This document shows, piece by piece, positions 25,236 through 38,836 of a stretch of 64,000 nucleotides of DNA. The number at the start of each line of letters is the position of its first letter. The stretch's first letter is position 1. Made by a program: the position numbers and the translations under genes. Source of the DNA: Takakia lepidozioides (taxonomy: Eukaryota; Plantae; Bryophyta); NCBI GenBank assembly GCA_030704615.1, contig CM060733.1, positions 43,586,001 to 43,650,000 of the forward strand, given 5' to 3'. A model generated the notes under the pieces. That model saw nothing but the letters and a program-made list of their open reading frames with translations, did not search any database and was not told the origin of the DNA.

Positions 25236-27603
25236 ATGGATGAGCAAGCTAGTTGTGCCTTGCAAGCATATGAAATCCCTGCATCTTCCAACATTTTACC
25301 ACATGATGACACTGAGGTGAGCAAATTGGGCATGATCTTGCTATCGTGGATGAGGTTCTCGAAGATCCGCAAATCGAACTTGCACAACAGCAACTCCTTG
25401 TTTTGCAAGCACAGGGCAAATTCTGGAAACCACACAATAGAGGCTCTGTCTGTTGGTCATTCTTTGCGTTGAATGATGCAGCTGAGGTGGACCATGTCAA
25501 TCCTCAGATATTGCGTTGTATTGTCTGTCGATCCTAGCCTATGACTTCCAATCAGCTTGTTGGTAAGCGTAGTGTGCTCCGGAAAGGTCTTGTGAAATAC
25601 AACAAGCTACATGGTATCACTGCCATGCGCAAGCAAGTTGACGTTGCTCATCCGGAATTGCTTGCTACGATGAAAGCGCATTTGGCTGCGAAGGATCTGC
25701 GAAGCTCGAGCACAGCCGTCAAGCAAGTAAGAAACGAACTTTGCCTACAGGTTGTGTCATTACATCATACTTTGGGTCCACAAATCCTTACAAGCAAACA
25801 GATGAGCAGCAAGTGCAATTTTTGGAAGACCTTACACTTTACATTGCTAAAGGTTACAGGGCCCTCTCATCTGTTGAAAATTTGTGGCTTAGAAGATTGG
25901 TTTTGAGGCGGTGTCCTCGTGTCATATTTCCTTCTCGGAGACAATTTGTGGACGAGGTTTTGCCGTCAATGGTTGCTAAGACGATGGATCGTCATGTGTT
26001 GCCTTCCCTTGGAAGTTGTGTCTCTACATCTGCCAGCTTCGATTTATGGATGAGCAGGGGTGGAGTCGACACTTTTGCCTTGGTAATCAATTTCATTAGT
26101 TCTGAGTGGGTTCATGTTCATGTTACTGTGGGCCTATTTGAAGTGTCTAACACATCAGGGGTAGCGATGGCAGTTCAGTTGAAAACCTTACTCGACAGTT
26201 TTGATTTGACTAGACGCATTATTGCCTTTGTCAAGGATGAAGGAGGTAATTTGAGCACAATGGCTGCCGCTCTCAGATCTGTCGTATCATGCGATGTTTT
26301 GGAATCCCTTACAGTTTTTGAGGGCACATGCTTTGCACATGTGATGTCTAAAGCATGCCAATACGCAACAAATGAGGCCAAAGTTTGTATAGATTTCAAG
26401 GAGGTTTAGTTTCCGATGCTCAAGCGTCACTACAAAAAACAATCACATGGAAAAGTGGAAAGGGCAGAATTGAGTGGAACAAGGCCTGTGTGGATTCAAG
26501 GTTACGGCCTCGGAAACTAAAAACTCCTGTCAAAACCAGATTTGCATCAAAGGTGATAATGTTTGAAGAAACCATGGAGTTCAAAGAGGCCATTGTCACT
26601 TGTTATGGTCGTCAAAGTCTGACGCTCCAGCAAAGAGTTCCTAAGCCCCAAATCTGGGCTATTGCAGAGGTTGTTACAAGTTCTTTGAAATCTGTCGTAA
26701 CAGCTTGTGTGGCAAACCAATCTCGAGGTCATTGGTTACTTTCTGATGCATTCAATGCGTCCATATCCATCTCAAATATCATGCAAAGGGAGATGTTGGA
26801 GTTTGATGAGGAGACGCAACCGCCAGATGTGTTCGAATTGGAGCTTCTCCTACTTAAAAGCAGGATACGGCAAGAGGTGTTACATGTTCTCAAACCTTTC
26901 CTTGCATTTCTACAACATTTTGATGCACGCAAGGCGCATAATATGTTTGCACTTATATTGGATCCTCGTTTCAATGGGCTGAAACTTGTGTCAAATATAT
27001 GTGGGCCGTGACGTTGCTGTACAACTTGTTCAGGACTATGACCAGAAATGTCTATTGCCTTTGCTGATGGTTTGTTTTAAGCGGCTGAACCCGGCTACAT
27101 GCGAGTCTGAAGTTGTTTCATCTCCTGAAACATATGAGGACAGCAATATGTTTGGTGTGGGAGCATCAAACGAAGAAGCAAATGCTGCAGTAGTGAAGGC
27201 TGAACTTTCATTATTTTGGCGATTCATTGTTCATATAACTACAACAACCGATCCCTTGTTATGGTGGCGTGATCACGAGCAACAATTTCCCAACGTTGCA
27301 TATCTTGCCAAACAAATCTTTGGCATCCCGGGGTCCCAAATTGAGACCAAACGAGTTTTTAGTCTTGCAGGTGTCCTCACAGCACTCCGTCGTTGTCGTT
27401 TGCAGGTTGAGAATCTTGACAGGCTGGTTATGGTGATCAAAAATTGGCCAGATGACCCTCGATATGATTGTAAACCTAGAGGAGATCTGAAAGATTTCAT
27501 GGTTGGAGAGGCAACCCTAGCCGAGGATAACTATGATGTCATAGAAGAAGCAGGTTTTTTTGAGGATTTGAGCCTTTCAGATCATGGCCACATGATTAGC
27601 TAG
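25236..27603 (+). pseudogene. hAT transposase (BED finger, DDE core, dimerisation domain), frameshifted
   Basis: CWSFF...RCIVC...H BED finger; SFDLWMS; FVKDEGGNL; CFAHVMS; LDPRF; DPLLWWRDHEQQFPNVAYLAKQIFGIPGSQIETKRVFS. Confidence 0.92.
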
Positions 27604-28428
27604 TTGGACTAGCCAATTGTACTTGGAACACCCCACATCTGCTTTTCTGGTGCGGATATGACAGAAGGAGGTATGTAGAAAGAGTTGGATTGGGGCAGTT
27701 TGAAGGTACCTAAACCAGGCTTTATGATATCATAAAGTCCACATGAACACTACATGTTGTTGGAATGGCATAAGTACTCTCTCTTTCTCTCTTCCCTTTC
27801 TTTCTTTCTTTCTCTCTCTTTGTTTCTTCTCCCTACCCTCAAGGTCTGTGACATCAATTGAGGTTTGAAAACTAGATGCTTCTGATGTCTCTACTTGTTC
27901 GTTTCATAAATTGTTTCTATGGCTACATTTCTACCCTAGCTATTGAGCAGTATTTTCTCATTAACATGCCAGATTATACTATCGTGCTGAGGGCACGTGG
28001 GTTTCTTGTAGTTATCTTAAACAAATGCAATTCCTGCATGACAGTTGCACTGGTCCAGTTTTGAATCTCTTGATGAATGGTTGTTTGTCGAGAGCTTGTT
28101 AGGGGAACCACCTTTCTTTTTATTAATATGTTTTCTTTTGTCCCATAAGCTCTTTGAGCTTCCTTTATGTTGTAGGTTTATTTCTTTTTCTGCTTTCTCA
28201 TTTCCCGAGTCTATGGTCTCAAAGTTGCAACTTGCAACAAACAGTCTCACAAGTACATTTTTATTTTCTATGTGGTTGGTGGAGCTTTGGCACTTGCATC
28301 GCTGTTTATCTCAACCAAGAGTTTATAGCACTGTCACAAAGTCCACATGACCAGGCCATGCTCTGATACTGAAGCTAAAGTCTTTACATGTCTGTTGCCC
28401 AAATTGTGGAGTTGCTCTGTTGTTGCAG

Positions 28429-28506
28429 GTTGTAGGTGGAGATGAGTGCAGCGTGGATCGGTTTTTGGCACAACATATTGCTGTTGGTTACTACTTCATG
28501 ATGGTG
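28429..28506 (+). pseudogene. PTOX: Captured exon of plastid terminal oxidase inside the hAT; second copy at 38007-37930 (-)
   Basis: After a TGCAG acceptor: VVGGDECSVDRFLAQHIAVGYYFMMV, matching the PTOX/IMMUTANS motif LGG...DRFLAQHIA..YYFM. Confidence 0.8.
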
Positions 28507-28900
28507 GTCATTAGCCACAAGGCTATGGCAAACACCGTCTTACGAGTACATTCTCTCTCCCTCTCCCTCTCTCTATCTCTTTCTCTCTAGCAATTGTGGC
28601 AAACATGTTATGAATAAATTCTCTTCAGCAATTGTGGGCAAATGGCAACATCGGCAGTCTGAAATCAGCATTGTGTTTTGACGATGATGTTAGTTCACCT
28701 TGTATCCACATGCCTTTCACCAGATTGTCATTGGAGCTGTGACAATTTTGGGATGAGTCTCATGTACCAGGGTGGGCTGAAACAATGCTGCTTTTAGGTG
28801 GTAGGGAGTCCAACTGCCACCCACAGGATTTTGAGGTCCAAAGGCAAGACCAAGCCAAATCCCTGAACCTCATATTTTGAAGTTGAAGCCCACCTCTCTC

Positions 28901-30273
28901 TGTTAGAGGACTGTCTGGGACTTAGACACTTATACGGGATCTGTAGGGTACCCTTAATTTTAGCACAGACTGAGACCAACAGGAGCCTTAGGGGTGACAG
29001 CAACGCACTGTAGAGGGGGGTTACACAGCCCGTCACAGCCAACACAGCCCGTCACAGTCGTCACAACCGACACAGCCAGACACAGTCAGCACAGCTCGTC
29101 ACAGCCCGACACAGCCATCACAGCCACACAGCCAGTCACAGCCCGACACAGCCAAACACAGTCGCACAGCCAGTCACAGCTTGATACAGCTGTCACGACC
29201 ATAGGGAACGGAGAGCAGGACAGGGAACGACTGTGGGGAACAACACCTGCAAATGGAACATGTTAGTTCACGGACGACGGTTAGTGAGGGAAACGGTTAG
29301 AGCCACGGGTAGGAAGATAAATGGAGAAGCAAGGACTGAGTAGGGGGATTTTCGGGGATTCTGGGAAGCACTTCACGGGGGAGAACTTCTTGGTCATGCA
29401 TGAGAGGAGATGGGGCGGAGAGCAAGATCGGAAGCAAAGATGGAGAGCACGGTGAAGGAGGAAAGATGATTAGTAGATGCTTGTTATATGCAAAGCTGTA
29501 GTGATATTGTAGAGCAGATTAGAGACACAATGGCTTCGGCCTGATACCTGATAAATCATAATCTGATAATTATACGATACAAACACACTGTGTAGAGAGA
29601 TCTGAGTGAAGCTGTGGAATGAATGGATGAGTTGATGGAATCCGATAGATTGATGAAGCAAACTGATACTTAATTATCAATGGTAAGGTAGCTAACATGA
29701 ATGCCAAAAGGGAAACAAATAGGAAACACCCCCATGATACACTAGCTGTAGGTCATGACTGATTGTTCTGCGCGGGCTGAGTACTTAGAGATTTCCAACT
29801 ATTCTATCTTGGAGTTTCCGCCTCGGATAGCGAAGGGATGGGTGAGTAAAAGTCACGCGACATTTGGCGACCATACTGGGGAACTGAGTCATGAACAACC
29901 AGATGTGACAGGCATCTGGTGGGATCATGGTGGTTGGACCATTAAAGAATTTGAAGTGAATCAAATTCCCTGTGGAACGAAGGAAGAAAGATTGTCCAAA
30001 CACTTCTTTCAAAGGTTCTTGGAATTGCCAGACGGTTGTAAAGAAAATATTCTTAAGCGAGTGCATGATGCTGATCCGGAATGGGGTCTGGAGAAAGGAG
30101 TGATAAAGATTTATCAGGTAGCCTGTAGAGGAAGAGCACGTTGGTTACCAACGTTGGTTTATGTGATAGCATTGCTATCCATTAAGCGAGTAGAGTTTGA
30201 AGGCTGGGAAGAAAGAAAGGTGAATGTTTATACTCATATGCATGAAGAACTTGTATTGGTAAAGAATTGGATT
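28901..30273 (+). mobile_element. Second, truncated copy of the 929-11729 family: LTR 28901-29862, PBS and 5' ORF
   Basis: High identity to about 929-2250; homology stops abruptly at 30273. Confidence 0.93.
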
Positions 30274-32190
30274 GAATTGTCGCTTGCAGAACCTCTTCCA
30301 TTTCCTTTCCTTCTTGACATTTCCATGCAATGCCTCCTGCAGGACATGTCCTTGGAGGACTTGGCCGACATGCCATCCTGTAATTTGGCGGAGACTGTTC
30401 ATAACGCCTGGATGCAGCAATCTACCAAAGCAGGTCGTGACTTGTATGTGGCCATTGCTGATGACATGGTGCGGGCACTTACACAACAAACCAGGTACCA
30501 CAATTTTCTGATGGGACGGGGTGGAGGCAAGGGCCCCGGTACGACTTTGTTGATGCTAAGGGCTGCGAGTATGTCCGGAGACCCATCGAAGATGGCCAAA
30601 GCTCTGAACAGGTGCACAGAAGGCTCCCCTTTGCAATCCAGGCTCCCTCATTTGGAAGGCGAGGAAAGATTTGGATCATGCAAAAGGAAATTGAACACTC
30701 TTCCAGGGTCAGACGGAGATTCCCATCGCCCAGACAGGGTCAATTTCTCTGTGCCAAAGGTGTCTCCAGTGCAGAGTAAGTCGTGTGCCAGCCCCTTCCC
30801 AGGTGGGTCCTCCTCCAGTGGAGCAGGTGTAGAACATGCAAGCACAGCAGCAGGAATCCCATTGGAGGAGGTGGTGGCCATGGTGCAGGAATCTGATTGC
30901 ATTGATAGTGAGTGGCATATGGAACGCACCCCACCATGATCTAGAGTTGCTTGCATGGCAATTCGGACCCCCTCTTTCAAGAAATGCAAATCAAAAATAT
31001 GCAAAGGCTCGAGGGGGACTCCAGCTCCAACATTCACAGGGTTGTTCCGACCTTATCATAGTGGGGAGTCAAAGGACCACAAGTTCTGGTTCTGCCCAGA
31101 CGATATGGCACGATGCGTCAAGGGAACAGTTTGTCCTTCGGTGATAATGAAACCCCATCCCCCTGCAATTTGGCCTGTGAAACTTGGGACGTCGCTGTCA
31201 ACAACCGAGATAAGCATGCTAGAGGAGGGAGGGTTTTGTCTTGCACGGTCCCGGGTGGTGCCCTTGTGCACTGTCGGCACAGATGTGCCACATGCTCCGG
31301 CAATGCCTCCACCCGGTGCCGACTCCCACCCAACAAAAAGAGATGGAAAAACAGTGCGTCGTGTCGCTTCGGGTGCAGATCACGAATGCAAGATGGAATC
31401 GGCTAGAATTTTGCAGGCTCGGGTGGCTCGTATCACCGAAGTCCCTGCCCCGGGGTATGGACGGATTTACACAGTGCTGTCTATTGGCTCAGTTCTTCAT
31501 GGCAAAGAATATCAGGTTACCGTGGGGAATTTCCCTACTTGCACTTGTCCGGATTTCGTAACGATGCGTGAGGGCGCTCTCGGCATGAGAGGGAAGTGGG
31601 TCCCCTGCAAGCATCAATATTACATATACCTTGTAATTATGTGTTGCGACGGTAAGAGAGACCAATTCATTCACCAAGCCACACTAGGCTACGGAGAAGT
31701 CATCACCCTTTTGCAGCGGGACACCTCACGTTGGGCTCCGCCAAATTCTCTTTGAACACATACGAGCCATGCCCGCTTCCCACGCTGGTTTCTAGGTTAC
31801 CGTGTGAAGACTTTGCATTTAGGACAAACACATACATTTCGTTCACGGAACCAGGGAAAATGCACATGCCATTCATTTTAAGCGTCTATCTGTGAATTGA
31901 AATAAAGTGTGTCAATCATTCTGAGCTCAATTCTGCCATATTTTCATATTCCTCTTTTTGTGCAGGCATTGCAGACATGGTGCATGGTGGCCCCCTTTGT
32001 TTTGTCCACGGTAATAGGCCCTCTTTTTGCAATCCTCGCCTATAGGACCTGCTTCTCCAGCAGATTTGTGCCGCTCACGCTTCCTTGAAGCGTGAGCTCA
32101 GCTCACGCTTTGCAGCTACAACGTGAGCTCAGCTCCCAGGCTCACGGGGCTGGGCTCACGCCGTAGCTACGCTGCAGTTTAGCAATCCCC
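30274..32190 (+). mobile_element. 3' half of a Mutator-like DNA transposon with SWIM-finger transposase (coding about 30343-31755, internal TGA at 30937)
   Basis: CNLAETVHN (Mutator catalytic-E-like) and CTCPDF...CKH SWIM finger; GTGAGC/GCTCAC subterminal repeats; end ...TTAGCAATCCC. Confidence 0.7.
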
Positions 32191-34330
32191 AGCAAACAAC
32201 ATGGCCTCTTGGATGATGTTGCTGCTTTTGCTGCATTTGCACCACCACCTGTCCCTGATCTCAGTCCTGAAGGTAAGAAAGCCCTCACCAAAGTGCTATC
32301 TGAAATCAAGTTGGGTACTACCCTCTCCTCAGGACAAAGAAAAAGAGTCAACTGAGAGGCTTATTGCCAAAATTCTAGATGTCTTCAGCTTGGGGTCCAC
32401 TCATTTAGAACGCACTCCCATTCTTCAACATAACATTGTTACCGAAGGGCCTCCTATCAAACAATTTGCTTACCGAGAGAGTGTCAAGGAACATGCTATA
32501 GTCCAAGGAGAAGTCCAGAAAATGCTTGATGCTAGTGTGATTAAGCCGTCAGTTTCTCCTTGGGCTAGTCCAATTGTCTTGGTTGGAAAGAAAGATGGCA
32601 CCACCCGCTTTTATGTTGACTTCAGGAAACTGAATGACATCACCAAGAAGGATGCCTACCCACTGCCTAGGATCAATGAGACCTTGGACCAATTGCATGG
32701 TGCTACAATTTTCTCCTCTCTTGATCTTGCATCTGGTTTTTGGCAAGATCATCTCATTGAAGTAGCCAACGAAAAGACCTCATTTGTGTGTCGCATGGGC
32801 AAATACCAGTATGAGACCATGCCCTTTGGTTTGTGCAATGCCACCTCTACCTTCCAGCGCCTCATGGATATTGTCTTGGGTAATCTTCGCTAGGAATGTG
32901 CCTTAATTTATGTAGATGATATCAATGTGTATTCAGCCAGTTTTGATGCCCACTTGACTGACCTGCAGCGTGTTTTCAGCAAATTGCGTACTGCGGGCCT
33001 CAAAATGAAGCCAAAGAAGTGTGAGCTATTCATGCATGAGCTATACTTTCTTGGTCATATCCTCTCCAATGATGGTTTGCTTCCTGATCCTGCCAAGCTT
33101 GAGTCTGTTTGGGCTTTCCTATTCCCAGGGATAAACATTGTATCAAATCCTTCCTTGGTCTGCCTTCTTATTATAGACGCTTCATAAATTTTTTTGCCAA
33201 GCTTGCCCACCCTCTAACCAAGGTATTGTGCAAGGATGCCAGGTTTGAATGGACCTTCTCCCAACAAGCTGCATTTGACACCCTTCGCAAGGCTTTGTGT
33301 TCGGCCCCCATCCTAATGTTTCCCAACTTTGAACTACCTTTCCTGCTTCAGACTGATGCATCGGATGTTGCCATTTTTGCAATCTTATGTCAAGTTGTAG
33401 AAGGCAAGAAGCATGTTATAGCTTATGCATCTCGTCGTCTTGATCGTCATGAAAGGAACTATTCCATATCTGACAAGGAGGGTCTGGCCTGAGTATTTTG
33501 ATGTGAAGCATTTCAGGCAATATTTGCATGGTAGCCGGTTTGTGGTAGAGACTGATCATCTTCCACTTACGGCTCTTGTTAAGCCAAAGGAACTTCATGT
33601 CAGACTTGCTAGATGAGCTATGTACCTGCAGGAATTTGACATGGATATGGTCTACAAGAAGGGCAAGGAAAACACAAATGTTGATGCACTTACACGGGTT
33701 GATCCTCCTGTCAGCAGACCTATGCTCACCTTGGATGACCTTGCTGCTACTGATGCAGTACCTCCTCCTGATCCTGCCCCTCTTCTCAACCTTCTTTGTG
33801 TAGATCAGCACCCCTTGGCCTTGGATTCCCATGGCATATTGGCTGCTTGGGGCTGGTCTAGCCTTCTTGATGATCCTGATTGATTTATTCATGTGTTAGT
33901 ATGTGTGGTGGATTTATCGCTTAGAGAGAATTCGGATGGTTTGGTGGAAGTTCCTTGTTGTGTTTCAGCTCTACTCTTTCCTAGGCCCTCGAGTATGTTG
34001 TAATTCAGCTGCTGCACTCCGGTATGACTATTGGCTTGAGCCTCAAGGCCTGATTTGGCTATCCATGAGTAATAACAAATGAGGTGAAGGTATCCCTGGC
34101 TGGAGATCATAGGTGCAGACACTCCAGACCACCTTATCTAAAGCCCATTGTCTACCTCTTATGTGCAGTGCAGTCATGGACGATCAGCTACGTGCTGCGC
34201 TACTCCAGCGATGCCAATCAGGGCGTTCGCTAGCTGGCCTTTCCGAGTCATTGTGTAAACAAATTCTCTATCATGTGTCTACTCACCGTTTCATGGGTGA
34301 TAAGCTTTTCAAGGAGCTCACTAGAGGGGA
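32191..34330 (+). pseudogene. pol: Degenerate Ty3/gypsy pol (RT, RNaseH, start of the integrase linker)
   Basis: SPWASPIVLV.KKDG..RF.VDFRKLN..TKKDAYPLPRI; LDLASGFWQ; MPFGLCNA; YVDD at about 32909; QTDAS; IAYASR; ETDH. Confidence 0.92.
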
Positions 34331-34513
34331 GCCATGCTACTTGGAGGGATTCTATCATGGCACTAAGGGGAGATCGAAGAGCTTAGAGCATGCCCAACAA
34401 AGGCTCACTAAACTGCCTCGCCATCACTATGTTAAGGAGGCGTATGGTGAGGCCTGCAAGCTAGATGGCGCGTGGGCTGGCAAGAGCCCCAGCATCAACC
34501 CATCATAACAAAA

Positions 34514-35269
34514 GGGGAGTAATGGCGCCAGGCTGAGGTGAAAGTGGGCCCCGCCACCTGCACGCCACGGGTCATTACATGTGAGGCTAAGTGGTAGCTG
34601 GCGGGGGAGAATGCCACACACCAAAACTCGTGTAGATAGCGCGCGAATGGGGCGAAACTTGGTGAGGCTCACCATTTTGAAGCGCATGAAAGTGCTGCTG
34701 GGGACGCGCGATCTCGACGGCCGCGCTACTTTGATGATAGTGCGCCAGATGGAGCGCCTGTTGGGCATGCCTCCCCTGCAAGGTTATTTTTTCCTTGCCT
34801 GTCTTCCTTTTGTTTTTTTGAGAACAGGCTTTTTTGTCTTTTTTCCAAATTATTAATATAGTTTTCAGGGCCTCTGTCCAAAAAAAAGGGGAGTAATGGC
34901 GCCAGGCTGAGGTGAGAGTGGGCCCCACCACCTGCACGCCACGGGTCATTACATGTGAGGCTAAGTGGTAGCTGGTGGGGGAGAATGCCACACACCAAAA
35001 CTCGTGTAGATAGCGTGCGAATGGGGCGAAACTTGGTGAGGCTCACCATTTTGAAGCGCGTGAAAGTGCTGCTGGGGACGCGCGATCTCGGCGGCCGCGC
35101 TACTTTGATGATAGTGCGCCAGATGGAGCGCCTGCTGGGCATGCCTCCCCTGCAAGGTTATTTTTTCCTTGCCTGTCTTCCTTTTGTTTTTTGAGAACAG
35201 GCTTTATTGTCTTTTTTTCCAAATTATTAATATAGTTTTCAGGGCCTCTGTCCAAAAAAAAAAAAAAAA
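34514..35269. repeat. Two tandem copies of a roughly 366-bp unit separated and flanked by A-runs
   Basis: GGGGAGTAATGGCGCC...CTCTGTCC at 34514-34879 and 34888-35253. Confidence 0.9.
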
Positions 35270-36959
35270 CAGTCACGGCCTTCAGGGGTTGTAGGCCTTT
35301 AGTTAACACCAATGTTGGGCGGGTATGACAATTTGGGCATATTGAAGGGTCCGGGTAAGGCATCTTTGCTTAAAGCGGAATGGAGGCGGTTATATATAAT
35401 GTAGGGGTTTGGAAATTGTGGCGGTTAGAGGTTATCAATAGAAGGGTCCCCAAAAACAAATCTCCCGGTTATCAATATGCCATTATCCAAGTGGAACAGC
35501 ACCGGGTCCCATACATCGGTTATCAATGTAACCTGATTTTCAGTTATTATATATTAAGATTTTAAGAGGACCAAAAAGACAGGAAAAAAAAGGAAAAAAA
35601 AGGGAAAAAATTAAATAAAGAGTCACATCAAGAAGACAAAAAAAAGGAAAAAAACAAAAAAAAAAACAAAAAGGAAAGAGATAGGAAGAGTCACAGTCAG
35701 TTACACAAATGAAGTACCCTACTAGAATCATTGTATTTCATATCTCTAGAAATGGAAATAAATTTGCCGTGCTTGCTTCTATGTGCCATCACAACAATCT
35801 TGCTCACGTAAATGCACGATTCAAAAACTGTAGATTATAGAGTGTCGCATCTTACTTTTCTGAAAACAGCCTGAGTTTTCAGCAGACAACTTATACCATA
35901 ACCACATCCATTAGGCTTTTTTGCCTTCCATACAACATCAGTGCTATAAGATTCTAATCTTGCCCATAGTTGTAAGAAAAAGGGTTAAATAGCACATAGC
36001 AATGTAGTCATGAAAGGCAGGGTTTGCTACGGTCATGGCTGGTCATGGCTGATGCGCTTGGCAGGCTCAACTGAATATTCAGATCGGGCATTCCAAATAC
36101 TCCGCATCTATCCCAGTCATGATCAGTCACATTTGTCAATCCTTAGCCCTTAGAGATTACCAAGCACATGTTTAGTGATGAAGCATCTAACATGTTTCGA
36201 AATAGAAGCTCGGACATTGCCAGCTGGTTACATATCACCTCAAATTTGATTATGTGGTAGCCTGCAAAACATCACAACCCATTAGAGTATATTACCCCCA
36301 ACAAGGACCTACCAAACAACTTGACCCCTGGGCCCTCTCTATTTGTTTGATGCACAAAAAATCCTCACTGTATCACTACACAACAACTTCTGATACAAGT
36401 AATTATTTCAGTTCCTCTGTGGATCAAATTAGGACCCAGACGCCAATAACAGTACCAACAAAGAGACACAACAAGCATCATCACAAGGGATGCATTTCCA
36501 TAGAAGCCCCTGACCTTTATTTGCTAGACTGATAATTTTTGGGCAGTGGTGGGGTATGTCCCCACAGGAGATGGTGGCACAAGAATTCAGCTGCACACGA
36601 ACAAGAATATGGGAACTCTTGCAGGATGCACATGGTCTTGTAAATTCATACTCCAGTGCTACATAAGACTGCACCTTGCACTTTCCAGAAAGAACTGGAT
36701 CGGTTTTAATGAAAAGAAAAGCCAGAACTACGTCTTCCTGGTAAGATATTGTCCAGAGTGCACCACCAGAGCACTCAATGACCTGTGACTACAATTTAGA
36801 ACCATTCCTCAAGATGCACAAGATAAAATGTAGCATGGTTGAGTTGCAACTGGATCCTCTGGTTGCAATTCATATACTTGAAACCTAGTTTGAATAGTGT
36901 AAACGAAAAAAAAACCCACCTCCATGTAGTTTGATAAATTCGACGTAAGTATGGAAGGC

Positions 36960-37447
36960 ATTCAGGCATTTTGAAGACCACTCGGTGCGCATCCACCACA
37001 CTCCCATCTGCAATACATACTTACAAGAGCAATCCCCACTTGGACATCTGACACAAATCCAGCTTTGATGATACAATCTGCTTGCCCATTTCTAGGGCGG
37101 TCGGGCTGGCACACGCATGGAGGGCGCTGATGAAGGTGATGTTGTTTGGCTTCATGCCTTCTACTAGTTGCATTTGTTGAAAGAGGTCCAAAGCCTCTTC
37201 ACTGTGCCCTTGGTGAGCATATCCTGCCATCATCCCAGTCCATGCAGAGACCACATCATTGTGTCAAATACGACGCGTGTATCCCCCACACACCCGCATT
37301 TGCAATACATACAGACAAGTGCAGTCCCCACTTGGACATCTGATTCAAAACTAGCTCTGATTATGCCGCCGTGTAGCCGCTTGCCCTGTTCGAGTGCTGC
37401 TGGGCTGGCACATGCATTGAGAATGTCCACATATTCTGAGAAGTGAT
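36960..37447 (-). pseudogene. Captured chimeric fragment: start of a PTOX exon (HFSEYV) fused to PLS-PPR repeats
   Basis: GCAG|ATCACTTCTCAGAATATGTG followed by ILNACASPAALEQGKRLH...GTALVCMYCKCG...MMAGYAHQGHSEEALDLFQQMQ. Confidence 0.8.
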
Positions 37448-38836
37448 CTGCAATCATATCCATCAGATATAGCCCTATATCTTCAGGGACAATCCTGCCT
37501 CATGTGAAAACCTGTATTTAGTCTTTCTTGCATATGAGAGAGGTGGGCTTCAACTTCAAAATATGAGGTTCAGGGACTTGGCTTGGTCTTGCCATTGGAC
37601 CTCAAACTCCTCTGGGTGGCAGTTGGACTCCTTACCACCTAAAAGCAACATTGTTTCAGCCCACCCTAGTACATGAGACTCGCCCCAAAATTGCCATAGC
37701 TCCAATGACAATCTGGTGAAGGGCATGTGGATACAAGGTGAACTAACATCATCGTCAAAACACAATGCTGATTTCAGACTGCCAATGTTACCATTTGCCC
37801 ACAATTGCTGAAGAGAATTTACTCATAACATGTTTGCCACAACTGCTAGAGAGAAAGAGATAGAGGGAGGGAGAGGGAGAGAGAATGTACTCGTAAGATG
37901 GTGTTTGCCATAGCCTTGTGGCCAATTACCACCATCATGAAGTAGTAACCAACAGCAATATGTTGTGCCAAAAACCAATCCACGCTGCACTCATCTCCAC
38001 CTACAGCCTGCAACAACAGAGCAACTCCACAATTTGGGCAACAGACATGTAAAGACTTTAGCTTCAGTATCAGAGCATGGCCTGGTCATGTGGACTTTGT
38101 GACAATGCTATAAGCTCTTGGTTGAGATAAACAGCGATGCAAGTGCCAAAGCTCCACCAACCACATAGAAAATAAAAATGTACTTGTGAGACTGTTTGTT
38201 GCAAGTTGCAACTTTGAGACCATAGACTCGGGAAATGAGAAAGCAGAAAAAGAAATAAACTTACAACATCAAGGAAGCTCAAAGAGCTTTTGGGACAAAA
38301 GAAAGCATATTAATAAAAAGAAAGGTGGTTCCCCTAACAAGCTCTCGACAAACAACCATTCATCAAGAGATTCAAACCTGGACCAGTGCAATTGTCGTGC
38401 AGGAATTGCATTTGTTTAAGATAACTAGAAGAAACCCACGTGCCCTCAGCACGATAGTATAATCTGGCATGTTAATGAGAAAATACTGCTCAATAGCTAG
38501 GGTAGAAATGTAGCCATAGAAACAATTTATGAAACGAACAAGTAGAGACATTAGAAGCATTTAGTTTTCAAACCTCAATTGATGTCACAGACCTTGAGGG
38601 TAGGGAGAAGAAACAAAGAGAGAGAGAGAAAGAAAGAAAGAAAGGGAAGAGAGAAAGAGAGAGTACTTATGTCATTCCAACAACATGTAGTGTTCATGTG
38701 GACTTTATGATATCATAAAGCCCGGTTTAGGCACCTTCAAATTGCCCCAATCCAACTCTTTCTACATACCCCCTTCTGTCATATCCGCACCAGAAAAGCA
38801 GATGTGGGGTATTCCAAGTACAATTGGCTAGTCCAA

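Larger units (their letters stand above)
24834..28900 (+). mobile_element. hAT transposon copy 1, right part lost at an LTR insertion
   Basis: TIR CAGTGTTGGGCAGGTATATA; collinear inverted copy of 37536-41602. Confidence 0.92.
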
